A DNA stretch of 64,000 bases, taken from Patescibacteria group bacterium (GTDB taxonomy: Bacteria; Patescibacteriota; Minisyncoccia; Phycocordibacterales; PALSA-1337). A program made the position numbers and the translations under genes. Where the stretch lies: the NCBI GenBank assembly GCA_040388415.1, contig JAZKBV010000001.1, forward strand, positions 138,369-202,368. Reading direction: 5' to 3'. Positions 26,518-35,180 of the stretch are shown one piece after another (position 1 is the stretch's first letter; the number at the start of each line of letters is the position of its first letter). Under the pieces are notes generated by a model that was not told the origin of the DNA, did no database searches, and saw only the letters and a list, made by a program, of their open reading frames with translations.

Positions 26518-27789
26518 ATGATCAGTCAACAGGTCAAAAAACTCGATATCCCTGAGCTTCCTGGCGTCTATATCTTCAGGGATTATCAGAAGCGCCCGCT
26601 CTATATCGGTCGCGCCACTTCGCTTAAGGATCGCACCAGGAGCTATTTTAGTAATGATCTCATCGAGACTCGAGGACCACGCATCGTCGATATGGTCACC
26701 AAAGCAAAGACGCTGACATGGGAAACGACCGACTCCGTTCTTGAAGCTATCATCCTTGAAAGTGCCCTTATCAAAAAATATCAGCCCCACTACAATGTCG
26801 ATGAGCGTGATGATAAGAGCTCATACTATGTCGTCATAACCAAAGAAGAATGGCCACGGGTATTCCTTGCACGCGCCCGTGATTTTGATGCTAAAAGATC
26901 CGGCGATGTATTCGATGATGGGAAGACGAGTTACAAAGTAAAAGCTGTCTTTGGCCCGTATGTGCATTCAGGTCTGATCAAAGAGGCTCTTAAAATCCTC
27001 CGTAAAATGTTTCCATTCAAGGACGTGAAGTCATTTGATGCGCGGCACAACTCTTTCTATGAAGCGCTTGGTCGGTCACCAAAGGGAACTGATGACAATT
27101 CAAAACGTCGCTATCAACGCACCATCGCCAACCTCATTCTTTTCTTTGAGGGAAAAAAGAAGCTCCTGCAAGCAAAGCTCCAGAGAGATATGAATATGTA
27201 TGCCAAGAAGATGGAATTTGAAGAAGCGCAAAAGGCGAAGAGGCTTATCTATGCGCTTGACCACGTGAATGATATGGCGTTAATAAAAGAAGAAAAAAAC
27301 ACCATGAGGCCTGCCGGCGGCGGACAAGGATCACAGGAAGCAACGCACAGAGATTTCCGTATGGAGGCCTATGACGTTGCACATCTCTCTGGCACCAATG
27401 TTGTCGGTGCATTTGCCGTGATGGTTGACGGGGAGTTTGATAAGAGCCAGTACCGAAAATTTATTTTATCTTCGCAAGAGAATAATGATGTGAAAAATTT
27501 GAGAGAGATTTTGACTCGCAGGCTTAATCATACAGAGTGGGCTTTCCCTGATCTAATTGTCGTAGATGGAGGTGAAGCTCAGTTGAATGCAGCGAAAGAA
27601 ATTTTATCTGCACGGCGCATCTCAATTCCTATTGTAGGTCTTGTTAAAGATGAGCGTCATAAGGCTCGAATGATTATCGGTGACTTTGAAGCATTTAAGG
27701 AAAAGGCGCGCGACATAGTTCGGCTCAATGAAGAGACGCATCGATATACGATCGCATTTCATAAAAAGAGGAGAGGGAAGTTGGTGTAA
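26518..27789 (+). CDS. uvrC: excinuclease ABC subunit C, short form lacking C-terminal (HhH)2 domain
   Basis: GIY-YIG 'LPGVYIFRD...PLYIGRATSLKDRTRSYF'. UVR motif 'MEFEEAQKAKRLIYAL'. RNase H-like endonuclease domain 'YDVAHLSGTNVVGAFAV'. The protein ends right after the endonuclease domain. Confidence 0.8.
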   Translation: MISQQVKKLDIPELPGVYIFRDYQKRPLYIGRATSLKDRTRSYFSNDLIETRGPRIVDMVTKAKTLTWETTDSVLEAIILESALIKKYQPHYNVDERDDKSSYYVVITKEEWPRVFLARARDFDAKRSGDVFDDGKTSYKVKAVFGPYVHSGLIKEALKILRKMFPFKDVKSFDARHNSFYEALGRSPKGTDDNSKRRYQRTIANLILFFEGKKKLLQAKLQRDMNMYAKKMEFEEAQKAKRLIYALDHVNDMALIKEEKNTMRPAGGGQGSQEATHRDFRMEAYDVAHLSGTNVVGAFAVMVDGEFDKSQYRKFILSSQENNDVKNLREILTRRLNHTEWAFPDLIVVDGGEAQLNAAKEILSARRISIPIVGLVKDERHKARMIIGDFEAFKEKARDIVRLNEETHRYTIAFHKKRRGKLV

Positions 27790-27858
27790 AAGAAAAGGCG
27801 CCCAAAATAGGGATCTTTTCAACTTTCAACTTTGAGCATTTCACGCTAAAATGAGCGC

Positions 27859-28848
27859 ATGAATCATCTCATCCGAGTCGGGGTGCTCCGCGGAGGACCA
27901 AGCAGCGAGTATGACATCTCGCTCCAAACTGGCGGTAATGTCCTCAAATCGCTTCGTGAAAAGCTTTCTGATAAGTATCATGCATATGACATTTTGATTG
28001 ATAAGAAAGGTGGCTGGCATATTGATGGCATGCCTGTCATGCCAGTCGATCTCGCCACGCGCCTCGATGTTGCATTCAATGCGCTTCATGGTGCATACGG
28101 CGAGGATGGCACCGTCCAGCACCTCCTCGAAGTCTATGGAATCCCATTTACTGGCTCGAAGGCTTTGCCCTCAGCAGTTGGCATGAATAAAGTGCTATCA
28201 CGAAAGACATTCGAGGACCACGGCATCAAAGTGCCTGTCGGTAGACAGATCCTTTCAAATGATATTCGTGATGATGCGCCAGCAGTTGCCCAAGAGCTAT
28301 TCCACTCATTCCCGATACCAGCATTTGTTAAGCCGGTTTCCGGAGGTTCGTCAGTTGGCATGTCAGTCGTGCGCAACCAGTCTGAGTTGATCGATGCATT
28401 AAGAAAAGCTGCTGATCATGATGTTGCTGTTCTTATTGAGGAATATATATCAGGCACTGAAACAACAGTCGGTGTTATCGAAGGATTCAGAAATGAACTC
28501 ATGTATACGCTGCCAGCCGTGGAGATCCGCCCGTACTCCACCTTCTTTGATTATAAGGCGAAATATGAAGGTCTATCAGAAGAGATCGTGCCGGCGCGGC
28601 TACCGCATAAAGTAAAAGAGCAGCTGGCCATTCTTGCGCAAAAAGCTCATCAAGCGCTCGGGCTGAGACATTACTCCCGATCTGATTTTATCATCCACCC
28701 TCGTCGTGGCATCTACATGCTCGAGACCAATACCTTGCCTGGTTTGACTGATGAGTCATTGATCCCCAAAGCACTGCGCTCGGTCGGTAGTGATACGCAT
28801 GAGCTGGTCGATCATTTGATACGACGGGCGCTGAACGATTTAAAATAA
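27859..28848 (+). CDS. ddl: D-alanine--D-alanine ligase
   Basis: N-terminal 'RVGVLRGGPSSEYDISLQTG' and an ATP-grasp C-terminal 'SRSDFI....YMLETNTLPGLT'. Confidence 0.9.
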   Translation: MNHLIRVGVLRGGPSSEYDISLQTGGNVLKSLREKLSDKYHAYDILIDKKGGWHIDGMPVMPVDLATRLDVAFNALHGAYGEDGTVQHLLEVYGIPFTGSKALPSAVGMNKVLSRKTFEDHGIKVPVGRQILSNDIRDDAPAVAQELFHSFPIPAFVKPVSGGSSVGMSVVRNQSELIDALRKAADHDVAVLIEEYISGTETTVGVIEGFRNELMYTLPAVEIRPYSTFFDYKAKYEGLSEEIVPARLPHKVKEQLAILAQKAHQALGLRHYSRSDFIIHPRRGIYMLETNTLPGLTDESLIPKALRSVGSDTHELVDHLIRRALNDLK

Positions 28849-28872
28849 ACCGCCATATCGGCGGTTTATTTT
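28847..28872. terminator. intrinsic terminator after ddl
   Basis: 'AAACCGCCatatcGGCGGTTTatttt'. Confidence 0.7.
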
Positions 28873-28877
28873 ATTAT

Positions 28878-28964
28878 CTATTTTTCAGCGCACCCGCAAT
28901 CGCAGGTGCCGTCAGGTTTCTTGTGTTCGTGTCCGCATGCAGAACAAACTTTTGCTTCAGTCAT
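28878..28964 (-). CDS. putative 28-aa Cys-rich micro-ORF (MTEAKVCSACGHEHKKPDGTCDCGCAEK)
   Basis: Found by manual translation of the minus strand between ddl and tRNA-Ala. Cysteine pattern C-x2-C-x11-C-x-C-x-C. No clear SD. Confidence 0.2.
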   Translation of the reverse strand: MTEAKVCSACGHEHKKPDGTCDCGCAEK

Positions 28965-29035
28965 AATTATTTGTAAATAAATTAATGCTGATAAAACCGA
29001 CCAGACATCTATTATATCATTTTCCTATTTTTCTG

Positions 29036-29108
29036 TGGACCCGAGAGGAATCGAACCTCCGACCTTTGCTTTGCAAAAGCACTGCTCTACCAACTGAGCT
29101 ACGGGCCC
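29036..29108 (-). tRNA. tRNA-Ala(UGC)
   Basis: The reverse complement folds as a cloverleaf: acceptor GGGCCCG/CGGGTCC with a G3:U70 pair, D-arm 'TAGCTCAGTTGGTAGAGC', anticodon loop 'TTTGCAA', T-arm 'GGAGGTTCGATTCCTCC'. CCA is not encoded. Confidence 0.9.
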
Positions 29109-29168
29109 ATATAACGTCTTTATGGTGACGACCAATACTTTATCATAATTTGAAAAATATACAATACG

Positions 29169-29387
29169 ATGCTATTCTTACTCTCCCAATCTTTACATTT
29201 CATTATGTCATTTATCTTTTCTACGCTATTTGAAGCATTCAAGGAGATCGTCTCTGCTTTTTTTGAGTTTATCCCTAAAGTGCTCCATGTCTGCCTTTGG
29301 GCTATCACTGGAGTAATCATCTTGCCATGCGTCTTTGTAGCAAATCACTTTTTTCCTAAATGGGTCAAGTGGGGAGAGGATTTTTAA
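29169..29387 (+). CDS. putative small hydrophobic protein (72 aa)
   Basis: ORF-track entry. Hydrophobic composition. Weak evidence. Confidence 0.25.
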   Translation: MLFLLSQSLHFIMSFIFSTLFEAFKEIVSAFFEFIPKVLHVCLWAITGVIILPCVFVANHFFPKWVKWGEDF

Positions 29388-29417
29388 AATTAGGTAAATG
29401 AGGCTATAATAGTCCGC

Positions 29418-30872
29418 ATGAATGCTAAATCAGTCGAACTTGACGGCCTGCCACTCCAGCCAACCATTTTCATAATCTTCGGTATTACGGGTGATCTTGC
29501 ATCACGCAAGCTCCTTCCTGCGCTGCTTGGTCTGTATACCAAAAAAATGTTGCCAAAGCGCTTCGCTATCATCGGGATCACTCGCCGTACTTTTTCTCGT
29601 GAAGAGTTTCGTGAATCGATTCGTTCACACATGCATATCAAGCAGGGTCAATTCAAAGAAGAAGACGTAAAGCATTTTCTTGATCATTTTTCATACGAAC
29701 AAGGTATGTTCGATGATCCGCTCTTGTACTCAAATCTCGGCAAGTCCATAAAAGCAATCGATGATCGTTGGGGCCAGTGTAGTAACAAACTTTTCCATCT
29801 CTCCGTTCCACCGACTCTCTATGAAGGCATTTTGACCAATGTCGCCGATTCTGCTCTCAACAAGCCGTGTGATGATGGTACCGGTTGGACACGCATACTC
29901 ATTGAAAAACCTTTTGGTAATGATACGCACACTGCTCAGTCACTCGATAAGCTTCTCGGCAAGCTCTTTGATGAAGAGCAGATATTCCGCATCGACCATT
30001 ATCTCGCCAAGGAATCATTGCAAAATATCACCGCCTTCCGCTTTGCCAATGCAATGTTCGAGCCCTTGTGGCATCGTGAATATATCGACAAGGTTCATAT
30101 CAAGCTTTTTGAAAAAGTAAGCGTCGAAGGCCGTGGCCAGTTCTATGACAATGTTGGCGCACTCAAAGACGTCGGTCAAAACCACATGCTCGCCATGCTG
30201 GCTCTCATCGCCATGGATGAGCCAAAGTCATTTGAAGTAGACATGATCCGTAAAGAGCGCGCGCGCGTATTGAACAGCCTCGTACCAATCACTTCTCGCT
30301 CGCTTGAAAAGTTCGTAGTTCGCGGTCAATACGAAGGGTATACAGCTGAGCCGGGCGTCGCGGCAGACTCTGATACAGAGACGTATTTCCGCATCGAGTC
30401 GCGCATCAAGTCGCCTCGCTGGAAAGGCGTGCCATTCTATATGGAATCAGGCAAAGCCTTTGCCGATGCGCGCACTGAGATCGATATCTATTTCAAAGCA
30501 TCTTCATGCAAACTACAAAATGCACGTGCATTCCATGGCGATGAGCCGAAGTGCATCGAAAAGCAAAATGTGCTGACATTCAGGATACAGCCTGATGAAG
30601 GCATCAAAGTGCGTTTTTTCGTCAAGACACCGGGGTATTCTATGGCGACTGAGCCAAAGATGCTCAAATTCAAGTATGCAGATACGCTGGCACATCCCGA
30701 TGCGCTCGGCGACTATGAGCGTTTGATACATGATGCGTTCGTCGGAGATCAGACTTTGTTCGCTTCGACTGATGAGATCATGGCCTCATGGAAGTATGTC
30801 ATGCCGATATTGGATAAGTGGGGCGAGTTGCCGTTGAAGACTTATAAGAAAGGGGTAAATGAAGTTGAATAA
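29418..30872 (+). CDS. zwf: glucose-6-phosphate 1-dehydrogenase
   Basis: NADP-binding 'IFGITGDLASRKLLPAL' and active-site 'RIDHYLAKE'. A TATAAT sits about 8 nt upstream of the ATG, so the mRNA may be leaderless. Confidence 0.9.
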   Translation: MNAKSVELDGLPLQPTIFIIFGITGDLASRKLLPALLGLYTKKMLPKRFAIIGITRRTFSREEFRESIRSHMHIKQGQFKEEDVKHFLDHFSYEQGMFDDPLLYSNLGKSIKAIDDRWGQCSNKLFHLSVPPTLYEGILTNVADSALNKPCDDGTGWTRILIEKPFGNDTHTAQSLDKLLGKLFDEEQIFRIDHYLAKESLQNITAFRFANAMFEPLWHREYIDKVHIKLFEKVSVEGRGQFYDNVGALKDVGQNHMLAMLALIAMDEPKSFEVDMIRKERARVLNSLVPITSRSLEKFVVRGQYEGYTAEPGVAADSDTETYFRIESRIKSPRWKGVPFYMESGKAFADARTEIDIYFKASSCKLQNARAFHGDEPKCIEKQNVLTFRIQPDEGIKVRFFVKTPGYSMATEPKMLKFKYADTLAHPDALGDYERLIHDAFVGDQTLFASTDEIMASWKYVMPILDKWGELPLKTYKKGVNEVE

Positions 30873-30884
30873 TAATTTTAAACG

Positions 30885-31106
30885 ATGAATTTTTTCATGA
30901 AAGCGCTGCTCAAGAAGCAGTTGAAAGGGGTGCCGGAAGCGGAGATCGAGAAGTTTGTGGCTATGGTTGAGCAGAATCCTGATTTCTTCAAGCAGATCGC
31001 CGAAGAGGCGCAGGTCAAGATCAAGGCTGGTATGGGTCAGCAAGAAGCGGTTATGGCGGTATTGCAGGATAAGCAGGAGGAGCTTGCGAAGGTTGTGGGG
31101 AAGTAG
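30885..31106 (+). CDS. hypothetical small helical protein (73 aa)
   Basis: ORF immediately downstream of zwf, followed by a strong terminator. Confidence 0.45.
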   Translation: MNFFMKALLKKQLKGVPEAEIEKFVAMVEQNPDFFKQIAEEAQVKIKAGMGQQEAVMAVLQDKQEELAKVVGK

Positions 31107-31118
31107 GGTAATAAAACA

Positions 31119-31148
31119 CCCGCGCTTCTTTCGAAGCGCGGGTTTGTT
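31119..31148. terminator. bidirectional intrinsic terminator
   Basis: 'CCCGCGCTTCtttcGAAGCGCGGGtttgtt', a perfect 10-bp stem. Confidence 0.8.
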
Positions 31149-31159
31149 GTTGACTGAAA

Positions 31160-31738
31160 TTACTTGGTGAACTTGGTATGGGGCAAGTCGTTGTATTGTT
31201 CACTGAAATCAACGTCCGGAATCGCCAGAACTTCGGCTTGAAATCCAGCGTAGTATGCTGATAAACGAGCTCGCTCAAAAACAGCTTGCACGTCGCATAC
31301 ATACCAGAGTGAATAATGTAGCGATTCTTGTGCTGAGACGTATCTCATGACCTCATCTGTGGTCCCTCGTGGCATCGCTTCGATCTTGACCTTTTCTTTC
31401 TGATAGTTGGCTATTTTTTCTTCAGCCCGTTTTTTCCGATAGAGAAGGGCCTCTACGATTTTGGGGCGAAGTTCGATTCTCGCTCCCAATTTGTCCGGCA
31501 TGCTGTATCCGTATAAAACACGGAAATCGTGATAGAAGGTGAATGTGCGGTAGCTGCTCCATATAAGTCCAGGGAGATTGCACGCAAAACCCAGGCAGAT
31601 AAGGATCAACACGAGGTTTCGTATGAATCCATTTTTGTATCTCAGTGCAATGAATGCTCCACAGACAATGAGTAAGAACATGGCTGCGCATGATAGCACC
31701 AGGAGCAGTTTGACCGTCTCGACAGTTTGAAGTTGCAT
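31160..31738 (-). CDS. hypothetical membrane protein (2 TM + cytoplasmic domain)
   Basis: 192-aa ORF with two N-terminal hydrophobic helices. Confidence 0.55.
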   Translation of the reverse strand: MQLQTVETVKLLLVLSCAAMFLLIVCGAFIALRYKNGFIRNLVLILICLGFACNLPGLIWSSYRTFTFYHDFRVLYGYSMPDKLGARIELRPKIVEALLYRKKRAEEKIANYQKEKVKIEAMPRGTTDEVMRYVSAQESLHYSLWYVCDVQAVFERARLSAYYAGFQAEVLAIPDVDFSEQYNDLPHTKFTK

Positions 31739-31960
31739 ATTCCTCCGTATGTATGTTGGTTAGACGTTGTTGTACAGACTCTGGCACCACACCAAAATCA
31801 GTTCTAGTATTTGTCCAACTATACGTATGTGTGCGTATCGTGTCAATAATGTCCTATAGTCAGTCTCTTTAAATGCGTAAATTGAGTTAAATTAAGTTAT
31901 TTTGACTAACTTCTACATTAGTGGTAACGTGTTTTTAGCTGTTCTACAAAAGGATTCCTT

Positions 31961-32800
31961 ATGTTCTATTATTCCTGCACCAGGCGAAATGGCATCGCCT
32001 ATCTGCTTTGGAGATGGCTTCTAAAAAACAACGGAGCTTTCCAAGCTGATCTCGATGCCTGGTATTTCGGTCCAAGTCGCGGCATGAATGACTACGAGTC
32101 GCTTGCCAAGAACTACAAAAAGTCCGACGTAAAGCCGGACAAGCAGTATTCGATACTGCCCACGGTCCTCGATATGGTCGGGGATTGCACGGGGAAGAGA
32201 ATTATCGACGTAGGCTGTGGCTCAGGTTTCTTTACTGTGCCGCTCGCCGAACAAGGTGCGTTACGCGTCTATGGAATTGATAACTCCGAAGCTCAGCTCA
32301 AACTGGCTTCAGAAGTATCTAATCGTCCAGCGGTTACGTATGCCTTGCGTGATATTTTTACTACCTCGATCGCTCCTCAGTTTGACGTCATTGTCGTTCC
32401 ATTCGTCGCCAACTACGCGCGCTCAACTCCGATCCTGCAGCATTTGTTTCAACGATTGCACGGTGGTTTGAGCGACGGAGGTAAAGTCGTGTTTGTCTTC
32501 GATCTGCCAAACGGCAAAAGCTTGCAGAAGTTTGGAGCGACCAAGATGTTTCTCGGTCCACGTGCTGATGAGACGCCAATCGAGATTAATCTGTTTAAGG
32601 AGAACAAGAATATCTGCACTCTCACATGCATGTATTACACTCCTGAAACAATCGAACGATTGCTCCGAACTGCCGGCTTTACGAATATCAATTGGCACAA
32701 GCCAATCGTCTCTCTGGAGGGAATATCTGCTATGGGTGCTGAATTCTGGGACGGCTACACAGACGATCCAGAGCTCGGCTACCTTACGGCGGAGAAGTAA
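31961..32800 (+). CDS. class I SAM-dependent methyltransferase
   Basis: Motif I 'IIDVGCGSGFFTVPLA' and post-I 'VYGIDNS'. The start may instead be an internal Met. Confidence 0.7.
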   Translation: MFYYSCTRRNGIAYLLWRWLLKNNGAFQADLDAWYFGPSRGMNDYESLAKNYKKSDVKPDKQYSILPTVLDMVGDCTGKRIIDVGCGSGFFTVPLAEQGALRVYGIDNSEAQLKLASEVSNRPAVTYALRDIFTTSIAPQFDVIVVPFVANYARSTPILQHLFQRLHGGLSDGGKVVFVFDLPNGKSLQKFGATKMFLGPRADETPIEINLFKENKNICTLTCMYYTPETIERLLRTAGFTNINWHKPIVSLEGISAMGAEFWDGYTDDPELGYLTAEK

Positions 32801-32876
32801 CTCTAGTTTGATTCACAATCGCAGCGCTTCGGTGCCGCGATTTTTTTATTGCAAATATTAGTGATATAGTAAATCA

Positions 32877-33407
32877 ATGATTGAATCAGAAAAAAATTTC
32901 ATAGCAAAACCAGAAAAGCCACCTGTCTTATTTCATGCAAGTAGAAGTCCAGACATTAAAGTTTTTGAGCCACGAGCGGAAAAAGTAAGAAATAGTAACG
33001 AAGGTCCAAAAGTGTTTGCTACTCCGAGTCGAGCAATGGCCAGTATTTTTCTAGTTGAAAATGATGATAGTTGGACACAGTCTGGAACAATAGAAGATGT
33101 TCCGTACATTGTTATTTCAGATAAAGAAAGATTCCTGAATCTGGATAAAGGCGGTCTCGTCTATTCTTTACCAAGTGATACTTTTGAAAATAATCCCGAA
33201 GAGGGTTTGGGTGATCTTGAATGGACGAGTGATAAGAAAGTCGTGCCAATTGGGCAGGAATTTGTTCCGTCTGCTCTGATTGATATGATTAAAAATGGAG
33301 TGAAAGTATATTTTGTGAATGAATCACAGTTCCATGAAATTCAAAATGCTTCTGATCAAGGCAGATCAATTATTGATAGTCTTACGCCAGAGCAATTCGC
33401 TTCCTAA
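32877..33407 (+). CDS. hypothetical protein (AT-rich)
   Basis: 176 aa. No family recognised. Confidence 0.45.
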   Translation: MIESEKNFIAKPEKPPVLFHASRSPDIKVFEPRAEKVRNSNEGPKVFATPSRAMASIFLVENDDSWTQSGTIEDVPYIVISDKERFLNLDKGGLVYSLPSDTFENNPEEGLGDLEWTSDKKVVPIGQEFVPSALIDMIKNGVKVYFVNESQFHEIQNASDQGRSIIDSLTPEQFAS

Positions 33408-33437
33408 AATCCCTCAAGTAAGCTATATTTCTATTCT

Positions 33438-34553
33438 ATGTCACTATCCATCGGCATCGTCGGCTTACCAAACGTCGGCAAATCAACTCTATTCAACGCT
33501 CTCACCAAAAAGAGCGTCCTTGTCGCTAACTATCCTTTTGCGACGATCGACCCTTCTGTGGGCGTCGTGGCGGTTCCTGATGAGCGCCTCTACAAGCTCG
33601 CTGAGTTTTCAAAGACCCAAAAGACAGTTCCTGCCATCGTTGAGTTCGTAGACATCGCTGGTCTGGTCAAAGGTGCATCAGCTGGCGAAGGTCTCGGCAA
33701 CCAGTTCCTCACCAACATCCGCGAAACTGACGCTATCGCTGAAGTCGTGCGCATATTCGAAGACGACAATATCATCCACGTTGACGGTAAGATCAACCCA
33801 CTCAAAGATATCGAAGTCATCAACCTCGAGCTCATCCTCGCTGATATGCAAACAGTCTCAAAGCGCCTCGCCAATCTCAACAGGGAAGTGAAGTCAGGAA
33901 AAAAGGAAGCTATCATCGAAGCGGGCATTCTCGCCAAAGTTCAGGTTGCTCTCGAAGCGGGCAAGCTTGCAGGTACTGTTCCTGCAGATGAATTCGAAGC
34001 ACCTTTCCTCAAAGGCATGCATCTCCTCACGGTCAAGAAGTTTTTGTATGTATTAAATAAAAAGACGGGTGGTACGAACCTCGATGAAATGAAAGATGCC
34101 AGTGGCAATCCCGATCCTCGCTGGACAGCGCTATTGAATTTCTTTAAAGAAGTCGGTGCAGGCTATGTCGTCGTCGATGCAGGCACTGAGCATGATCTCA
34201 AAGATATGACTGATGAAGAAAAAGCAGAGATGCGCACCGGTCTTGGTGGCCTCGACAACGGCATCGATACGCTCATCAAGAAAGGATATCAGTTGCTTGA
34301 TCTCATTACCTATTTTACGACAGGAGAAAAAGAGACTCGCGCCTGGACCATCGGTCGCGGTTGGACCGCACCTCTCGCCGGCACTGCTATCCATACCGAT
34401 TTCAAAGATAAGTTCATCCGCGCTGAAGTGATCGAATGGGACAAGCTCATCGAGTCAGGCTCATTTGGCGTCGCTCGCGAAAAGGGCTTGCTTCGCACTG
34501 AGGGGAAGGAGTATGTGGTCAAGGACGGTGACGTGATGGAGTTTAAGATTTAG
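33438..34553 (+). CDS. ychF: ribosome-binding ATPase YchF (Obg-family GTPase)
   Basis: G1 'GIVGLPNVGKSTLFNALT', and a TGS-domain C-terminus 'GKEYVVKDGDVMEFKI'. Confidence 0.9.
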   Translation: MSLSIGIVGLPNVGKSTLFNALTKKSVLVANYPFATIDPSVGVVAVPDERLYKLAEFSKTQKTVPAIVEFVDIAGLVKGASAGEGLGNQFLTNIRETDAIAEVVRIFEDDNIIHVDGKINPLKDIEVINLELILADMQTVSKRLANLNREVKSGKKEAIIEAGILAKVQVALEAGKLAGTVPADEFEAPFLKGMHLLTVKKFLYVLNKKTGGTNLDEMKDASGNPDPRWTALLNFFKEVGAGYVVVDAGTEHDLKDMTDEEKAEMRTGLGGLDNGIDTLIKKGYQLLDLITYFTTGEKETRAWTIGRGWTAPLAGTAIHTDFKDKFIRAEVIEWDKLIESGSFGVAREKGLLRTEGKEYVVKDGDVMEFKI

Positions 34554-34613
34554 GTAAAAGAAAAGCGGCCAGGTTATGGTCGCTTTTGCGTTTGGTGTGA
34601 CGTGCGCAGTCAT

Positions 34614-34829
34614 TCAGGCGAGCATGGCATTTTTCTCTGCCAACAACTTGACGTTGTCGCCGACCAATGTTGTATCATGAATGTTTCCTGTAGGGGACTC
34701 GAAGATGACCTGTTTTTCCTCTGGACGTGAGGTCGGACGCGTATAGAGCACGTGCCAACGACCGATTCCGTCTTCGGCTTGAACGAGATCACCCTTTCCT
34801 AATCCGAAGTATTCTTCTTTAGAGATCAT
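34614..34829 (-). CDS. hypothetical small protein
   Basis: Internal Met of ORF 34614..34865. No family recognised. Confidence 0.3.
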   Translation of the reverse strand: MISKEEYFGLGKGDLVQAEDGIGRWHVLYTRPTSRPEEKQVIFESPTGNIHDTTLVGDNVKLLAEKNAMLA

Positions 34830-34915
34830 AGAGCTAGGTTCCTTTCGAGTTAAAATATGCCACAAGACACCTTTTGGGTCAAACTTTTGACATGTACTTT
34901 GATGTATTATCTAAA

Positions 34916-34944
34916 TTGACATTGGTAACAAATTGTGGTAGTAT
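34916..34944 (+). promoter_or_regulatory. sigma70-like promoter TTGACA-N17-TAGTAT
   Basis: 'TTGACAttggtaacaaattgtggTAGTAT', upstream of the 48-codon ORF and leuS. Confidence 0.4.
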
Positions 34945-34973
34945 GAATATTAAAACTGCCCCTTCCAAAATCT

Positions 34974-35120
34974 ATGAAAAGACTATTCGATCATGCCGAA
35001 GTTCAGGAACTCCTTGTATATGAGACCAAAAAATTTAGTTGGGCTCACTGGACTATGCTCTTCCCAATCCTCGGACCCATCGTCATCATTGTTTACTATA
35101 TGTTGACTGGTCCAAAGTAA
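34974..35120 (+). CDS. putative 48-aa leader/micro-membrane protein upstream of leuS
   Basis: MKRLFDHAEVQELLVYETKKFSWAHWTMLFPILGPIVIIVYYMLTGPK. A hairpin terminator follows. Confidence 0.3.
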   Translation: MKRLFDHAEVQELLVYETKKFSWAHWTMLFPILGPIVIIVYYMLTGPK

Positions 35121-35132
35121 GTGTCTTTCACC

Positions 35133-35165
35133 AAGCCGTCTCTACCAAGAGACGGCTTTTTTTAT
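35133..35165 (+). terminator. intrinsic terminator/attenuator 15 nt upstream of leuS start
   Basis: 'AAGCCGTCTCTaccaAGAGACGGCTTttttttat'. Confidence 0.7.
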
Positions 35166-35180
35166 ACAGACTTTTGAGCT

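Noticed and set aside
29036-29039. Encoded 3' CCA on tRNA-Ala
   Set aside because: The sequence after the discriminator base reads CAG, not CCA. CCA is presumably added post-transcriptionally.
34950-35180. T-box riboswitch upstream of leuS, and similarly upstream of glyQS at 3396-3495
   Set aside because: No T-box consensus (AATTAGGGTGGNACCGCG) or specifier-loop architecture was found. The glyQS leader is only ~100 nt.
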